This document shows, one piece after another, positions 10,464 to 22,949 of a stretch of 64,000 nucleotides of DNA. Under the pieces are notes generated by a model. It was not told where the DNA came from. It did no database searches and saw only the letters and a list, made by a program, of their open reading frames with translations. The DNA is from Amoebophrya sp. A120 (taxonomy: Eukaryota > Protista > Dinoflagellata): the NCBI GenBank assembly GCA_905178155.1, contig CAJINV010000024.1, positions 8,310 through 72,309 of the forward strand, in the 5' to 3' direction. Every line of letters begins with the position of its first letter. The stretch's first letter is position 1. The translations under genes were made by a program, and so were the position numbers.

Positions 10464-13118
10464 TCACCTGCCACCCTGCTGTTCCTTCTTCTGCTTTTTC
10501 CCACTTCGCTTGGTACTTTTTGTTTTCCCGTGATGCTTCTTCACCTTACAGGCCCCATCTCCGGTGCGTGAGTGCAGTTTGAAATACGGTTTTCCGACCG
10601 CAGAGGACACCTTACTGTCCGGATGCGCGCAGACCGACGAATCGCCATCCTGCCCCCCCTTACTGCCTGCCGCGGCGTCTGTGCCCCAGGCCGCCTTGAT
10701 GGTTCCCATCGTCGCCGACACCTGCTTCCACACGTCGGAAGCCACTTTTTGCACGCCGCGTCTGAAAGCGCGTGCCTGTGCCGTGTTGGCGGGGAAAAAC
10801 TCAAGTAGCCCGACGCTATGCGAAATCGGGTTGCTGTTTCCATCGAGCTGCCGGGCCGGCCAGCCGTGCTCGCAGGCTGTGGGCGTGTTTCCCTGCATGG
10901 CTTCGAATTCCCCGAACATGCGGAAGAGATCGGCGTCGCTCATTTCCGTGCAGCCACGGGACAGCTCCGGATCGAGCGTCCAGTTCCCGTCCCAACAAAT
11001 GTCGTCCCGGTTCGCCTTGCCGCAGTCGAGTTTCAGAACGCAGGCCTTGTTGCCGTTGCCGGGATCAGGGCACAATGCGAGACGACGGGCGTTCGCACCA
11101 CTGGGGCCAGTGCAAAACTCCCCTTGTTCGTGGCGGAAGTGCTCCCCGTCCTTCCAACCACCGGCGCAAGGCGCCGCCGCATCCATCAGTGGCACCACAC
11201 CGTCGTAAGTGCCACTGATCTGCGGGTGCAGATGGCTCCACGACTTCTTGTTCGCCGCAAGATCGGCTTTGATCTTGTCAGCCTCCTGTTGCCCAGCGGC
11301 TGCCGACTTCCACGCCTTCGCTTTGGCTGCCTCCGCCTCCCGCGTTTCTCGCGCAACCTGGTCGCGACGCTGCGTGTTGGCGCGGAGGCTGTCGATCAGG
11401 GATTGATGCTTCTCCACCAAATTCGGGGTTGGAGGGTCGAAGATACGCCCATCACGGCACATCTGTAAGCCCAGGGAGGATTGCGTGGGCCGCTCTTCGT
11501 AGTTCTCAGCGAGGGTTACGTCCCGCGAATTTTCCAGCTCCGCTCTCGGTACGGCGCAGCAGTTGTTCGGATCTCGCAACGAGCAGACGGTCGTAAACAT
11601 GCGCCTCATCTCGGCCACTTCCTGTTCGTGGAATTCTGCGTCAGCTTCGTTTCGTTCTGCTTGGGCAGCCCCTTCCTTCAGGAGCTTGTGCAGATTGCGC
11701 TCAGCGGATTCTGCTTCGGCTTTGTTTCTTTCTGCTTGGGCAGCTCCTTCCTTCTGCAGCTTGTTTAGACTGCGCTCAGCGGCTTCGGCATCGGCCTCTG
11801 CTTGTTCTTGCCTCATCTCCGCTGCCTCGGCCTTTCGCACCGCGGTTTCGGTCTTGCGGCCTGCGGCCTGGAGCAGCTCTTTCTGCGCTGCGATCACCCC
11901 TGTCAGCCTTTTGTTTTCGGTGTGAAAGTCAGGAAGAGCCAAAACCTGGTCGGCGTTGCAAGCTGGAGTAGAATACGGCGCTGCAGCCGAGTTCTGTTGG
12001 TAGCCGTTAGCGAGAGCCATGCCCTCCCGCGTTCGTACAGAACAGCACTCGGAGCCGTCACTGGAGCCGTTCGTGGGGCAGACAAGCACGCGCGGCATGC
12101 GCTGTTCGTAAAGTACATGCTGCAGGACCCCGGTAAAGACGACGAACGCAAACACCCGGAGTGCCACCGAACGCCTCACGCACTCTGCGAAGGCTGACAA
12201 GTGCAAGGCAACACTCGCATTCACAATTTGCCACCACCGTTGCGCAGCGCCTAGTTGCAAAAATCGCGTGAGCGCAGCGCGCACAGGCGTCGGCTGTCCG
12301 CTCTGGCTTTCCCCGCCCTCAATTGCAAGCACGAGTTCAAGCGGCTCGGCTTGCGCAGGGGCAGTACGACACTCAGCTCGTCCCGTAGAAGACGCTCGAC
12401 GGCGGGCCCGGGTGGTTCCATGTTCGTCGCGAGATCTCGACACACGCAGACTTCGTCCGTGGCTACTGAGGGAACGGACCTGGGAGCCGATGTCTACAAG
12501 CGAAATAACGTTTTCTTTGTCTTCATGGAAGGTCAGGATGGTCTTGCCGCTGAGTTCCATGCCCAGCACCCGTTGTTCGTCTTCCCTAGTCAGGCTGATT
12601 CCTGCGAGGAGCCGTGGTTTGAGGGTCAGCAGGTTCACAACACGTTCCCGGCGTTCCACTTTCTTCGAGAAGCTGCTGAAGGCGTCGCCCGGCCGCACGT
12701 CCTTAGGCCCCTCCATACGCTCAAACCGCGTGAGCACGTTGCGCGCATTATCCCAGAGGCCGTCGACTCCCTCCTCGGCTCCCTCGGCCGGCGCTGCACC
12801 TCGCGCCCAATTTATAGCGGATTCCAGTGGGGTCGTCATGTGCCTCAGGGCGAATTTGGACGCTTCCCAGTTACTATGGGTGCGCGCCACGTCCGCGAGG
12901 TGCTGCAGCATGTGTCCTACGACGAATAAGGCCCCGTCGGATACCGCGGACGCGCCGAGTGGGACACTCCACGATGCCACGGCAAGCATTACGCCTGCGT
13001 CACCTTTTCTTTGACGGCCTTGTGCGACAAGGAGAGCCTGTTTTTTGATTTGATTTGATTTTAGATGTCCACGTTGCACCGAAGGGGGAGGGGCAGAGGC
13101 AGATGATGCTGTCGCCAA
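10464..13118 (-). CDS. Large hypothetical protein (or main exon): hydrophobic segment, coiled coil, Cys/Gly-rich C-terminal region
   Basis: 884-codon open frame; hydrophobic VALRVFAFVVFTGVL; heptad-like EAAERSLNKLQKEGAAQAERN repeated; no recognised domain; start uncertain. Confidence 0.7.
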   Translation of the reverse strand: MATASSASAPPPSVQRGHLKSNQIKKQALLVAQGRQRKGDAGVMLAVASWSVPLGASAVSDGALFVVGHMLQHLADVARTHSNWEASKFALRHMTTPLESAINWARGAAPAEGAEEGVDGLWDNARNVLTRFERMEGPKDVRPGDAFSSFSKKVERRERVVNLLTLKPRLLAGISLTREDEQRVLGMELSGKTILTFHEDKENVISLVDIGSQVRSLSSHGRSLRVSRSRDEHGTTRARRRASSTGRAECRTAPAQAEPLELVLAIEGGESQSGQPTPVRAALTRFLQLGAAQRWWQIVNASVALHLSAFAECVRRSVALRVFAFVVFTGVLQHVLYEQRMPRVLVCPTNGSSDGSECCSVRTREGMALANGYQQNSAAAPYSTPACNADQVLALPDFHTENKRLTGVIAAQKELLQAAGRKTETAVRKAEAAEMRQEQAEADAEAAERSLNKLQKEGAAQAERNKAEAESAERNLHKLLKEGAAQAERNEADAEFHEQEVAEMRRMFTTVCSLRDPNNCCAVPRAELENSRDVTLAENYEERPTQSSLGLQMCRDGRIFDPPTPNLVEKHQSLIDSLRANTQRRDQVARETREAEAAKAKAWKSAAAGQQEADKIKADLAANKKSWSHLHPQISGTYDGVVPLMDAAAPCAGGWKDGEHFRHEQGEFCTGPSGANARRLALCPDPGNGNKACVLKLDCGKANRDDICWDGNWTLDPELSRGCTEMSDADLFRMFGEFEAMQGNTPTACEHGWPARQLDGNSNPISHSVGLLEFFPANTAQARAFRRGVQKVASDVWKQVSATMGTIKAAWGTDAAAGSKGGQDGDSSVCAHPDSKVSSAVGKPYFKLHSRTGDGACKVKKHHGKTKSTKRSGKKQKKEQQGGR

Positions 13119-13439
13119 ACAGCTCTTTGCAAGGCCTGACTGGTTTCAAACTCAGGCATTTATAGGACTACAAGAAACAAGATCAACGGCACAAAAACGC
13201 GACTGCTCGTGCACCAGCTTCAAACATAAGACTCTTTATCTTTCTTTCTCAAAAACACGTCTTAGAAGTGTTTTTAGTACTCCAAGTGCAAATGATCCTG
13301 AAAAGTCGCAGGAGGCGAGATCTATGTGCGAAAAATACTTGCATTCCGACTTCGATGGATACTCATACTTACTGAGTGTGAGTACATCTACATAGTAGCC
13401 ATAGTCAATAATTAGAAAGAAATAAAGTACATCTCGTTT

Positions 13440-16062
13440 CTCCTCAACGGATTCTCTCCCCCGTTGCCCGAACATTTCCGAGAGTCCGAGAAGCGCTGGC
13501 TTCGGCCGCGACCAATTTAGCTGCTCCACCAAAAGAACCGCGCGCGAGCGCATGAGCCCCTCACTCGTGACGGCTTTCTGAACTTCGTTTTCTATGGCGG
13601 CAACGAAGTGAGCCCTGGTGGCATCGTTGGCAAATGTGGTCTCGTTCCACCAAGAAGCCGCCTGCTGCTTGTCTCCGTGCTCAGCGTTGCCACCACCATG
13701 ACTAGCTTCAGTGGAAGCAATTTTGCCCCCGCGGAGCATGCTCAATCCAAGGAAGTTCATCGTTGCTACTGGTTCGGCACCATGCTCCGCCGATTGATTC
13801 CGATTTCCTTGCACAGGATTTCCGCCACGCGGAACAAGGGCAACACCGGCAGCCGTTCTGGCCTGTGGTTGTTGGAGCGAAAGCGAGGCTCTCGACGGTC
13901 CTGGGCCTCCGTTTCCCTCGTCGTCATCGTCGTCACTCGGGTCATCGTCATCATCGTCGTCCCCGAGATAGCTAGGTCCGCCTGTGTGGTATTGAAATTG
14001 GTTTCCAACAATATGCAAAAATATTACGGCTTGTCAAGTTCAAAACCAAATCAATGATAATCAAGAAGCGACGTGCCGAGCAGGGAAATGGTGATCTTGC
14101 ACCTGCGACTGGAGGTCATCATCTCTTTCAACGCCGCATCTCGAACCAAAAGAAGTACCTCCCGTTGAAGAAAACGACCCTTCTAGAAGTAGTTCGAGAC
14201 GGAAAAACAAGCTGTTGCTTGGAGTGGATTGTTGACGTGTGGCGGACCCGGAGATCGACAAGGGACCGAATTCCGCGTTCGCCCTTTCACGAACTTCATT
14301 GAGGAGGGTACCACCTCTCAGGACAGTGTCGATTGACGGCGGCGCTTCCTTTTTGCCGTGTCCACCCGTGTGCCTCCCCGCTCTGGCAAAAAGCAGATCC
14401 TGGTTCCCGACTCGAGTCACGCTTCCAGCTGAGTCGCGAGAAAAGAGCCGCAAGCGAACTCCCCGCAAATATCCATTCGGGGGCCGGCGCCCTCTCTGTC
14501 GCATCCTGCGCCGCTCCTCCACGTAAGCTTGATACGTTGCTCGAACTGGGGCAAAAATAGAGCGAAGCTCTGTATCAGGATGCAGCGGAAAATCAGTCGC
14601 CAGTCGGATGTACTTCGCAAGCTGCGGATTCGCCGGCTGAGTTGTGACTCCGAGCTCAACGTAAACGGTACTTGGCAACTGAACCGGAGCTGCACCTCCT
14701 CGCGATCCTCGCGATCCTCGTCCTGAAAAATCAGCATTTAGGATCAGTATTTTGACAGAGTAAAATCACACGAAAAAGAAGCTTTTTTCGATGATTCAAG
14801 CACCAGCAACTGTGACACACGTGGATGTCGTACCATCTCATTTCGATCAAAATAATACAAAGAGAAAAGAACTTGTTGGCCACAACGGGCCAGAACTGTA
14901 AACAAGTGTCGCGAGCAATACTTCCTGTTATCGCCGCTTGTTCTGCTCCGCAGCGCGTCTTTGCAGCTAGCAAGTGCTTGTCAAAGAACTGGGAATCTAG
15001 AAGTTTCTCTCCCTGCTGGCTAAGCCGCACCAGAGGACCATCGGCAGCCTCTTCGTCAGATCCGCCGTCGCGCGCCAAATACATCAAATACAATAAGCGG
15101 CACCGGTGTTCCCGCTTCTCTTGGGGTGAGGCAGCACTCGGTGAAATCGAGAAATAGTTCTGTTGCCAACGCTCGAAGCCCGTCCCCGCGCTGTCTCTCG
15201 GATTCAATGCTTTCTCTGTTATGTAGAAGATAAGGAAGAATTTTTTGTCGCCTGACGCCCACACTGTCCAACATTGTGATGCGCAATCCCATCTGACCCA
15301 ACTTCTCACACAACCCATAAAGCATCTTCGCTATCTTTGGAATTCGCTGGACAAAACACAACGAGCTGCCTGTATACCCTTGCTAGTCTCTGCTCACTCA
15401 AATCTCGCCATCGAAAAATCTTTTTGGTTTGCAGCCTACACATATTCGACAACAAGAAAAAACTACTTTACTGAAATACCGAGACAGACGCCAAGGAGAA
15501 TTATTTGCTGGCTTTCAACAGGGGGTCTCGGTCGCTCTCCAAACTTGAATATGAGTGTGTGGCATACCCGCAGCGCCTCCTTCCACTTGGGGTTCCGTCC
15601 GGCACCATCACGAGATATAGCGTCGCTCAGCAGGTGTTTTACAGGTCCAGTTGGATCTATGTCAAGGACGTCCCAATAGGCTAGCACTCCTTGCATCATA
15701 TCGAGCCGCAGCTGGCCCAATTGATCCCCAAGAACATCCCACAAATCGTCCATCACTTCTTCAGCATCAGCCCGCGACCTGCTCCTGAGCTGTGCCCTGA
15801 CATCTGCGACCATGCCCGCAAAGACTGAATTGATCGCCTTGCATCCTGTGCAACCGCACCGAAACTTCTGCTTCACCACATCTTTCCACGGCTTCGCTTT
15901 CTTTTCGCCACCGAGCACCACCGGCGAACGGGAGCCTGAGGCTGCAGCAGAAACGAATCGAAGAACATTCGTCGTCGAAGATAATCTGCTAACCCAGATG
16001 CAACAGATGCCAAGGCAGCAACGCCACAACATCCTCCCCGGCGCAGACAGAGAGGCGTTCAT
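13440..16062 (-). CDS. Probable multi-exon hypothetical protein(s)
   Basis: Consecutive protein-like minus-strand ORFs (15463-16344, 14731-15318, 14061-14678, 13236-14018) separated by short AT-richer segments; exon boundaries not resolved. Confidence 0.4.
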
Positions 16063-17399
16063 TTTCTGCTCCACAGTGATGCAATTACACCGCTTCTTCT
16101 TCTTCTTCTTGAGTACGTATAAAATGCTGAAAATCTGTGTCCACTTATCGTTACGATCCAGATCGAAATTGAATCCGTTATCAAGCAAAGTGAATATCGC
16201 TAGTAGAGGTACTCTACTGGACGTTTTGTAAACCCTGCAGCTACAGTTGTGTAAACACGACAAAGTCGTTGCCCGTTTTTTGAAAAAGAGACGGAAAGCA
16301 ATAGATACTGACTGAAGCCTCTGTTGCGCTACTTGTACTCGCACTACAGATACAGATACTTAATAAATGAAAAAGTCAGCCAACTAAGGAGCCTGGGAAG
16401 AGCTGTGCCAATTGCAAATATTTTTGTGATCTTCGGTGTTTGGCGGTGGTATAGCTGCCCAACTCGATCCATTTTTACAAAGCGCCATCGAGGATGGCAC
16501 AAGGAAGAAAAAAAGCTCAATGACATGGACAGTAGTTTATACTGTTTTCATTTACAATAAGACCACGACACGGGAGTGCTTTCACATTTTGAGACCCTCT
16601 GTGTCTGTAATTCCAGATCTCATCTTGATATCCGTATTTGATTGATTTTGGATTCTTGGTATTTACCAGAGTGGAACTTTCTAACAATGTTCATCCGGTC
16701 AACTCCCGTCAACTGGTGAACAAGAACGCTATGGACACGATTTGTAGACAGACTGCACTATGTACATTTTGAGACACATCAGTCTTACTACTGAATGGCG
16801 GAAATGGAAGTTGATATCCCTGGATACGCAAGAGCATGACGTAAAGCGTGCTCGCGTAGTACAACACTCAGGGTCGACAATTACACTTAGAAGAGCTAAC
16901 AATGAAAGCGAGGAACTATTCATCAGACAACCGGCGAAGCATTTGTTTTCAGATCCTGCGGCCCATTGATGTTGCTCCATTTGGTACACCGGATAACAAT
17001 AATCCTTTACATATTTTCTTTTCGTGCGCCATTCATTTTACAGGTAGACGTATTCATTGTAAATATCTGTGAAAAACTTTCATCATCTTCGTGCAGACAA
17101 GCCAAGCACGAGTCGTGCACTGTTCTGTAAAAAGACCAATGACGTTTAAGGCTTATGCAACACAAGAAAGCATTCCCAAAGTTGATTATAAGTATAAGTA
17201 AATCATACAGCAAAATTATATACGAGGACGCCAAGTAGCGATTTTCTGGTGTGATGGAAGTGCCAATTGAAGCTGTAATCAAATCAGTAAGTAGCCAAGT
17301 GCGATTTTCTAACTAAGTCTTGCGTTTTCGTGTCCGACAGCTTACAAGCCTGGAGTATGGCCTCCAGACAGCACGTGAGCACCTCCACGTCTCTCGACA

Positions 17400-19402
17400 T
17401 CGTTTTCACCATGTCCGCACCAGACACACGGACACTCACTTTCCGAAGAAGCTAACACAAGTCGTCCGCGATTTTGGACGGCCGAGCAACGAGAAAGTCT
17501 GCTGGTCGGGCAGCTAATATGGTTGGCAGCTTTGTTCTCAACGGATTGGCTTTCTTCAAAAACTTGTACGTCGGCGAGTCTTTCAACCGTTTTGCGTGAC
17601 AGCTTCGCCAATCCCACTGAAACTGATCATACGACCACTGTAGTGCCTTTCCGTCGGAGCCCGACCGCCATTTTTCAGCGAATTTACGAAAAACGCGCCG
17701 GACGTACGGATACCAGGTCTCATCGATCGGATCCTCCCGCATGAACTTATTACGGCTTATCCGCGTCTCATCCCAGGGGTTTAGACAATAACCTTTTTTG
17801 TTATTTGTATGACATTGAAATTCGAAAGCACAATAGAGGAGAATGCACAAGCATATTGATGTGCTTAACATTTTTTTTGTCGATATCTCAAAAACAACTT
17901 GCCACAGATTTTTACCGTGCTTCACAGGAAACTCGAGGTTGTACACATACGCATCCTTTTGAAAAAGGAATTCTGTGGCCATCGCTAGTCGGCATCTGCT
18001 ATCCAAAACGTCCTTATTCGGGTTCACAGCCATATCCACTCGCGGCAGCGCAGCATCGGGATTGGTCCTGGAAAACGACAGCGTTTCTGGGGGAGTCCAT
18101 TTTACCAGCTTGGCCGGGCCCGCCGCACTTGCTTTTCTGCTACGGAAACGAGCTGCAATGGATTGGCGAGTCTTCTTCTCTGGAACATTCTCATGAAAAA
18201 ATTCTAGCACTTCTCGAAAAAAGGCTCTGTCACTTTTGTGACATCCACTGGACAGGGCGTCGGAGCCGTAGGTTTCCGGAATGATCCACTCGCTACCCAC
18301 ATCGAAGGCATAGGCAGCCGCCGGGCTGCAGGTCTCGCGGCCCATCGTCATAAGCAATCGCACCTTTGATAAATGGATTTGAAGATGACCTGAGGCGCAG
18401 CAAAATTGCATAATATGTTACGCCCAAAAAGCAGTATCGATTGACAAGAAAATATCATAACAACGCGTTCAAAAAGTAAGGGCGTCCGCTACAAAAAGAA
18501 GGAAAGTGTACTGCCACAGAACAAATATATATCTGAGTCAAAGCATGACTTACGCTCCACTCGGTCAGGTGTGGCGGAATCGCGTTTTGTGGTCCCTCGA
18601 TTTCCTTCTGAAAGTAATGCAAGTAGCTTCTCCCGAGATCGACGTCTTTATTCCAATAGTCCCGAGGGAGGTTCGTGCCCACTTTTTCTCGTAGCACCTC
18701 GAGGAAAAGGTCTTCACAGCTTTCCGTGCGGTTCGCGAGAGTCCGGTCATCAATGGCTTGAGAAAGTGCCGCCGCAGCAACTTTCCTGCCATTGGCATCT
18801 TTTTGCGATGAATGCGATTTACTCGTGTGAAGGAGTGCTCCCGCGTCCGCTGCTGATAAAAAACTCAGAATGCCTTCGTTTTCATTGAGCTTCATGTTTC
18901 CAAACATCATCAGGCCTGGTTCGGCGTTCTTGATGTCGTCGAGCAGCTTGCGTTGCTCTCGTCTCCGACCTGCCTCGCGTTGTTCCTCTTCGTTCCCAAG
19001 TGTGGCGGGCGGATGTGAAGCATTCTTCTCGGCTGGGGAGCCGTCACTTCTGCTTCTTTTCGACGGTCTCCGGCCTGCGTCAGGGCTCGCCGATCGAGTA
19101 CGCACAGCATCATACAGCCTCTTCATGTGCGCTCGCACGGTTGCGACAGGGCGATCAGCAAAAGAACTCAGAGTTTTTGCAGCATTCTCAGGCACGTGAG
19201 CGATTCCTCTCAGCTGCGACGCGCTGCGGTTTTCCCGGTCGTGCTGCAAGCGGCTTTCATTCCTGCGAGGCGGTGGAAAACGCGAGTCGAGCTGCGAGCG
19301 TGCGCCTGCGTTCGATTCTCCTGCACTGCTGCTGCTGGCACATGTGCCACGACTTGCCCCGAGACACAATAGGATGCCTAGAACAGTATTGACCGATCTC
19401 AT
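17400..19402 (-). CDS. Putative secreted protein carrying the 'SCEDLFLEV...WNxDVDLG' domain (copy 1)
   Basis: Signal-peptide-like MRSVNTVLGILLCLGASRGTCA; blocks ESCEDLFLEVLREK..RDYWNKDVDLG, SGCHKSDRAFFREVLEFFHE, RCRLAMATEFLFQ, GYCLN shared with two neighbours; 3' end approximate. Confidence 0.7.
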
Positions 19403-20449
19403 GGTTTTATTTTGATATGCTTCAAGAATACCATCAAAGCAGAACTTTCAAATTTAGATATCTCTCTTTGCTGAAGCTGCTACATCAACGACAAGCGTAA
19501 GGGGGATAAATATCTTTCGACGAGTCAAGGGCGCAAAGCTTAATCATACATAAACTGATGCTGTTCAGCATTATTTCAGTCCTCTTTTATGTGCGACGGT
19601 ATATCAAGGCAATATAGAGGTACCGGAAAAGATATGACAGCCTCTATCAATAATCATAAAATCATCAGTCAAGATCACCAATGTTCGAAATAAAATTTTA
19701 CAAAAATAGGTACATGTTTGCTGAAAACAAAATGGCTGTTTCTAGGTCGCTGATTTTTATGCGCTTTTGATACGAGTCCACGAGGCCTGAAACAGCTTTG
19801 ACGGATCCTTCGTGAGCCTAAGGCTCTGGAGTGCAGCACACCATTCGTGGCCGTTCTACTTGTTCAGCAAACATGAGACCGCGGAAGAGCCGCACTGATA
19901 GCCAGACGGCACCGGTGGGCGCCCCAGCAGCGATTGACCCTGAAGACGCTGACGTGCGCAATTCGTGCAAGGAAATCGTGGGTCATGCAATCTGATCTTT
20001 GCGGGCCCCAAGGAAACGCATTTCAAACAATTGCCTTTAGGGGGGAAGCGAATTTCCATCATCCTGTTCTAGCATTCGTTTTGTTAAATAAACGGCTGTG
20101 ACTGACATGGAGCCCAACTATTTCTGGATCAAGAGCTTACCAACAATCTTTCATTTCAGAGCCCTTATCCGCGATTGCGACTAAGTAGCTGGATTTGATG
20201 CGGTATACAATTGGCCGGACGTGTGGATAGGCGCCATGATTTTGAGTTGTCACAGGCAGTGCAAATTATTGGGGCGGCAGGACAAGGAACTTTATTATCT
20301 GCTTCTTTTTATTCGGTCTCCATGCCTCGGACCATACTATCGCCTCAATCCAGATCGTCATCTAGCGACGACAAGAGGAAGATGAATAACAATTAGAAGA
20401 AATTCATTGTGTCAGACGTCGCTGCTCCGCCACTCTTGTAGTTGTTCAT

Positions 20450-22736
20450 TCTTTCGTACATGGCGGGATTATTTTGACTTCTTGGTGCGCCTCGCTTCTT
20501 GTAATTCGTGCTTCATCCGCCCCCGATGATACGCGGCCTTTGCAGTTCTCGTGTAAAAATACCAGTTGCCATTATTCGCTACGCGAAATAAATAGCCAGA
20601 AAATTGTCTTCAGAAAGCCGCGTTGTACTTTCCTTCTCGGACCACATCTGATGAAGAAGCCGTCAAGACGGACCAGCCGGGAATTCAATGTCTTGCAGTA
20701 GAGTAGCGAACTTGTCTTTGACGGCCTGGCTCCTGGGCTGAAAATTTTCGTACATGTGCTTCGTAGTTCTGTTCCAACGAAATGGATTTTCATTCTTGTA
20801 CGGAACGGAGCTCGACCGCGCCCTAGTCCAAGTCCAGCGAAAATGGCGATACGACCACTCGGCTCCTCTCGTCTCCGAATTCTGCCGCCAAAAAGACGCT
20901 CTATTCCTGAAGTCCCGCTGGAAAAGCTCGTGCCATCTGGGATGCACAGCCGACGTTTCGGTAATTTCACTGTCGTTTTGCAACTGTGAGAGCACGACTT
21001 CGGGCCACTGAGGTGATTTCTTGGCCAGCGCCAGTGGCGAGTCGGTATTGAGGCAGTATCCTGTGAGCATTGCACAAGAATATGTTTGAAAAAACGTTCT
21101 GACGTACGAAGCGATTCATTGCTTCTGCACCTGAGCTTTTACGCAACTCATTTGAAGAAGCTAGCCAAACGCAAAATAAAAAAATTGCAAAAAAAAACAG
21201 CTCTGGACATGAGTGGTACACAAGTGGAGCATTCACCGAAAAGATGTGAACCCGCGGAGTTTTCATTGGTGTAGCCAATAATATTAGAGATGTACTTAGT
21301 ACCATATGGAACGCTGAAGAGGCGGACGACGAACTCCTCTATCCTGGTGTCCGCTTGAAACAGGTGCTCAGTCACCATACCAATACGGCAGCGCCGCTCT
21401 CTAGCAGTCCGCTTTTCCTCATCGTCAACATGGACTCCGGCTGTCGACGTGCTACTACCCTGTATGCTGGGGTTGCTGTTCCTGTAAATCAGAGGATCGT
21501 CCCACACCACTACCGAGGATTCGGTCCCATTTTTCCTCCGTTTCTCGTGGAAAAAGTTCCATACCTCTCCGAAAAATTTCTTGTCTTCGCGAACGCATCC
21601 CGAACGCAAGCGTTCCGGATCGTAGACAATGTCTTCATAGATGGGCCAATTGAAGTACTCCTTGTTCAGATCCCCTTGCGGCAGATCAACGTGACAGAAG
21701 GGCATCAACGCTAGAATCGTCGCAACCTGGATGAATATAACATCGACGAATGCAGCAGGTGATAGAAGATTGAGATTTACTTACTACGGGATTCACTATA
21801 AAATATTCTTAGAGGAAACCAGTACCAGAAGAAGATCTCAAATCTCATTACAGTATAAAGTAAATTTATATCCATCAAATTTTCTTATACCGCCCAGCGG
21901 TCAGCAGGGAAAGCGAGGTCCTCGCCTGCGGCTGTGGCAGGTATCCCTAGTGCCGCGTTCGCCTCCAGCAGCCTGTCCTGACCCAGGTCTACTTCCTGAT
22001 TCCAAAAATCACCAGGCTTCGAGTCTCGTCCTATACGTTCGTGAAGAACCTCGAGAAAGAGATCTTCACAACTTTCTCCGTGCTGCTGCCGTCTCATCAG
22101 CGACGTGACGCCTGATTCGTCCGCTTCTGTTTCTTCGTGTTGCTGCCGCGCGATTTGGGTCCCGCTTTCGCCCTGGTCTCTATCGTTCTCTTGCATTTGT
22201 GTGCCCCCACCAGTCGTAGTCGTGCTACCGGATAGCCCTGCCGTTCTTGTTGATTCCTGCACCGGCGCGACGTACGCCGCAGAACTCGACGAGCTAGTAC
22301 CGCCTGACATTGGGCGGTTGCCGTGCATCCGATCGTAATTTTCACGGTCATACGTGCCGTTATCTGATGAGGCGACTAACGGCACCCCCTGGTCTGAAAC
22401 CGAACCTGTTTGCCGTGCCTGCTTAGCACCAGCTTCTTCAAGTGCTCCTGTATTCAAAGCTGAATTTTGCTGCGCAGCAATCTCATCGCGACCGAATTCC
22501 ATTTCGGTGCCCGGTGACACTAGAGGGCCAGCGGGTGGGGAACCAAGGGTGCTTTCCCCTGCCGGATAGTCGCTATTTCCAGTACCTGAAGCTGCTTGCG
22601 CGGAAGCGCTCTGGTTGTCAAGCTGCTGCAGGACGTGTGCGAACTCATTTTTGATCTTTTTGTCGTATCTCGGATCGAAAGTCGATATGCAAGGAAAAAC
22701 GGGGCAGAGGTTGCACTTGTCTATATTTTGTCGCAA
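20450..22736 (-). CDS. Copy 2 of the same domain (separate gene or downstream exons of the kinase gene)
   Basis: ESCEDLFLEVLHER..DFWNQEVDLG, SGCVREDKKFFGEVWNFFHE, RCRIGMVTEHLFQ, GYCLN..HPRWHELFQRDFR in successive ORFs; ends approximate. Confidence 0.65.
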
Positions 22737-22949
22737 ATTCGGAAGGCCCCCTAATATGTTTTTGTGTTTCTAATGACAGAAATGTATCCTCTCGCTACCG
22801 ACGCACACAGTGCCCCGCTTCTCGTCACAAACGCATGCCTATCCCTTTCAATCATAAGTGTTTCGCTTCTTTTCTGGAACTTTAAATGACATCAATGAGG
22901 GGCGACAGCAATGTGCTTCCGAATCCGGAACAAGGACAAGATTCCTCTT